Assembly: GCF_001194135.2 (NCBI RefSeq)
Contig: NC_069006.1
Coordinates: 7,945,836-8,009,835, forward strand
DNA: 64,000 nucleotides
Source: Octopus bimaculoides
Taxonomy: Eukaryota
Direction: 5' to 3'
Position 1 is the first letter of the stretch; each line of letters starts with the position of its first letter. The notes beneath the pieces are model-generated. The model was not told where the DNA came from, made no database searches, and worked only from the letters and a program-made list of their open reading frames with translations. Shown one piece after another: positions 63,580 through 64,000 of the stretch. Position numbers and translations under genes: made by a program.

Positions 63580-64000
63580 GTGAAAAGGCTGAATTATATT
63601 TGATCCTTTAATTTGGAGGGTTCCAAAATTTGTGTGTGTATATGTTTTGCATGATTGTATGAAACTCGCAAAAATTTTCTGAGAATTTTTCCAAGAAGAA
63701 TGTTATGAAGGAATTCTATGGGATGCTTGAACCAGAATTCCACCTGTATGTCTATGTAATATACTTAGCTTTGTGATTATTTCGGTTCACGCCTACAAAA
63801 CTACAGAAGTATGAATTTCCCATTGCTCATTCTCTCTTCATATAAATTCATAATTTCCTGTGCAAAGAAATCAATTATATTCTTCTACATTACAAGACCT
63901 ACGCCTTCTCTCTCTCTCTTCTCTCCATTCTGTCTAATGACACGTTTCTTTGTGTCAGATAACATTTCTTGGATTAGATTCGTCTTGCGCCTTAACCAGA

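Overview
Eukaryotic, AT-rich, repeat-dense genomic DNA from a gapped draft assembly (13 N-runs). The SINE/LINE/microsatellite content looks like an octopus (coleoid cephalopod) genome; that is an inference from repeat style, not a search. One protein-coding gene spans most of the window on the minus strand: a HIRIP3-like (HIRA-interacting protein 3, CHZ-domain H2A-H2B chaperone family) gene. I assembled it by hand from phase-compatible GT-AG exons: 62481-62408, 35704-35572, 33331-30677, 19205-19050, 18124-17944, 16451-16362 and a less certain last exon 13307-13261, giving about 1111 aa. It has a 26.7-kb first coding intron and one 2655-bp exon. The rest is mostly tRNA-derived SINEs of three families, 5'-truncated RTE and R4/Dong LINEs, decayed Tc1, mariner, maT, pogo and MULE transposases, hAT-, piggyBac- and mariner-type MITEs, long hairpins and microsatellites. 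Almost all other ORFs in the track are microsatellite, gap or repeat artefacts. There are no rRNA, true tRNA, CRISPR or prokaryotic features, and I cannot support a wholly new system. The most interesting leads are: a hammerhead-ribozyme-like motif on the sense strand of intron 1; the expanded HIRIP3 exon carrying a PxVxL motif; possible alternative first and last exons plus an overlapping uORF; a 55-bp minisatellite that grew inside a Tc1 transposase; and tandem SINE arrays.
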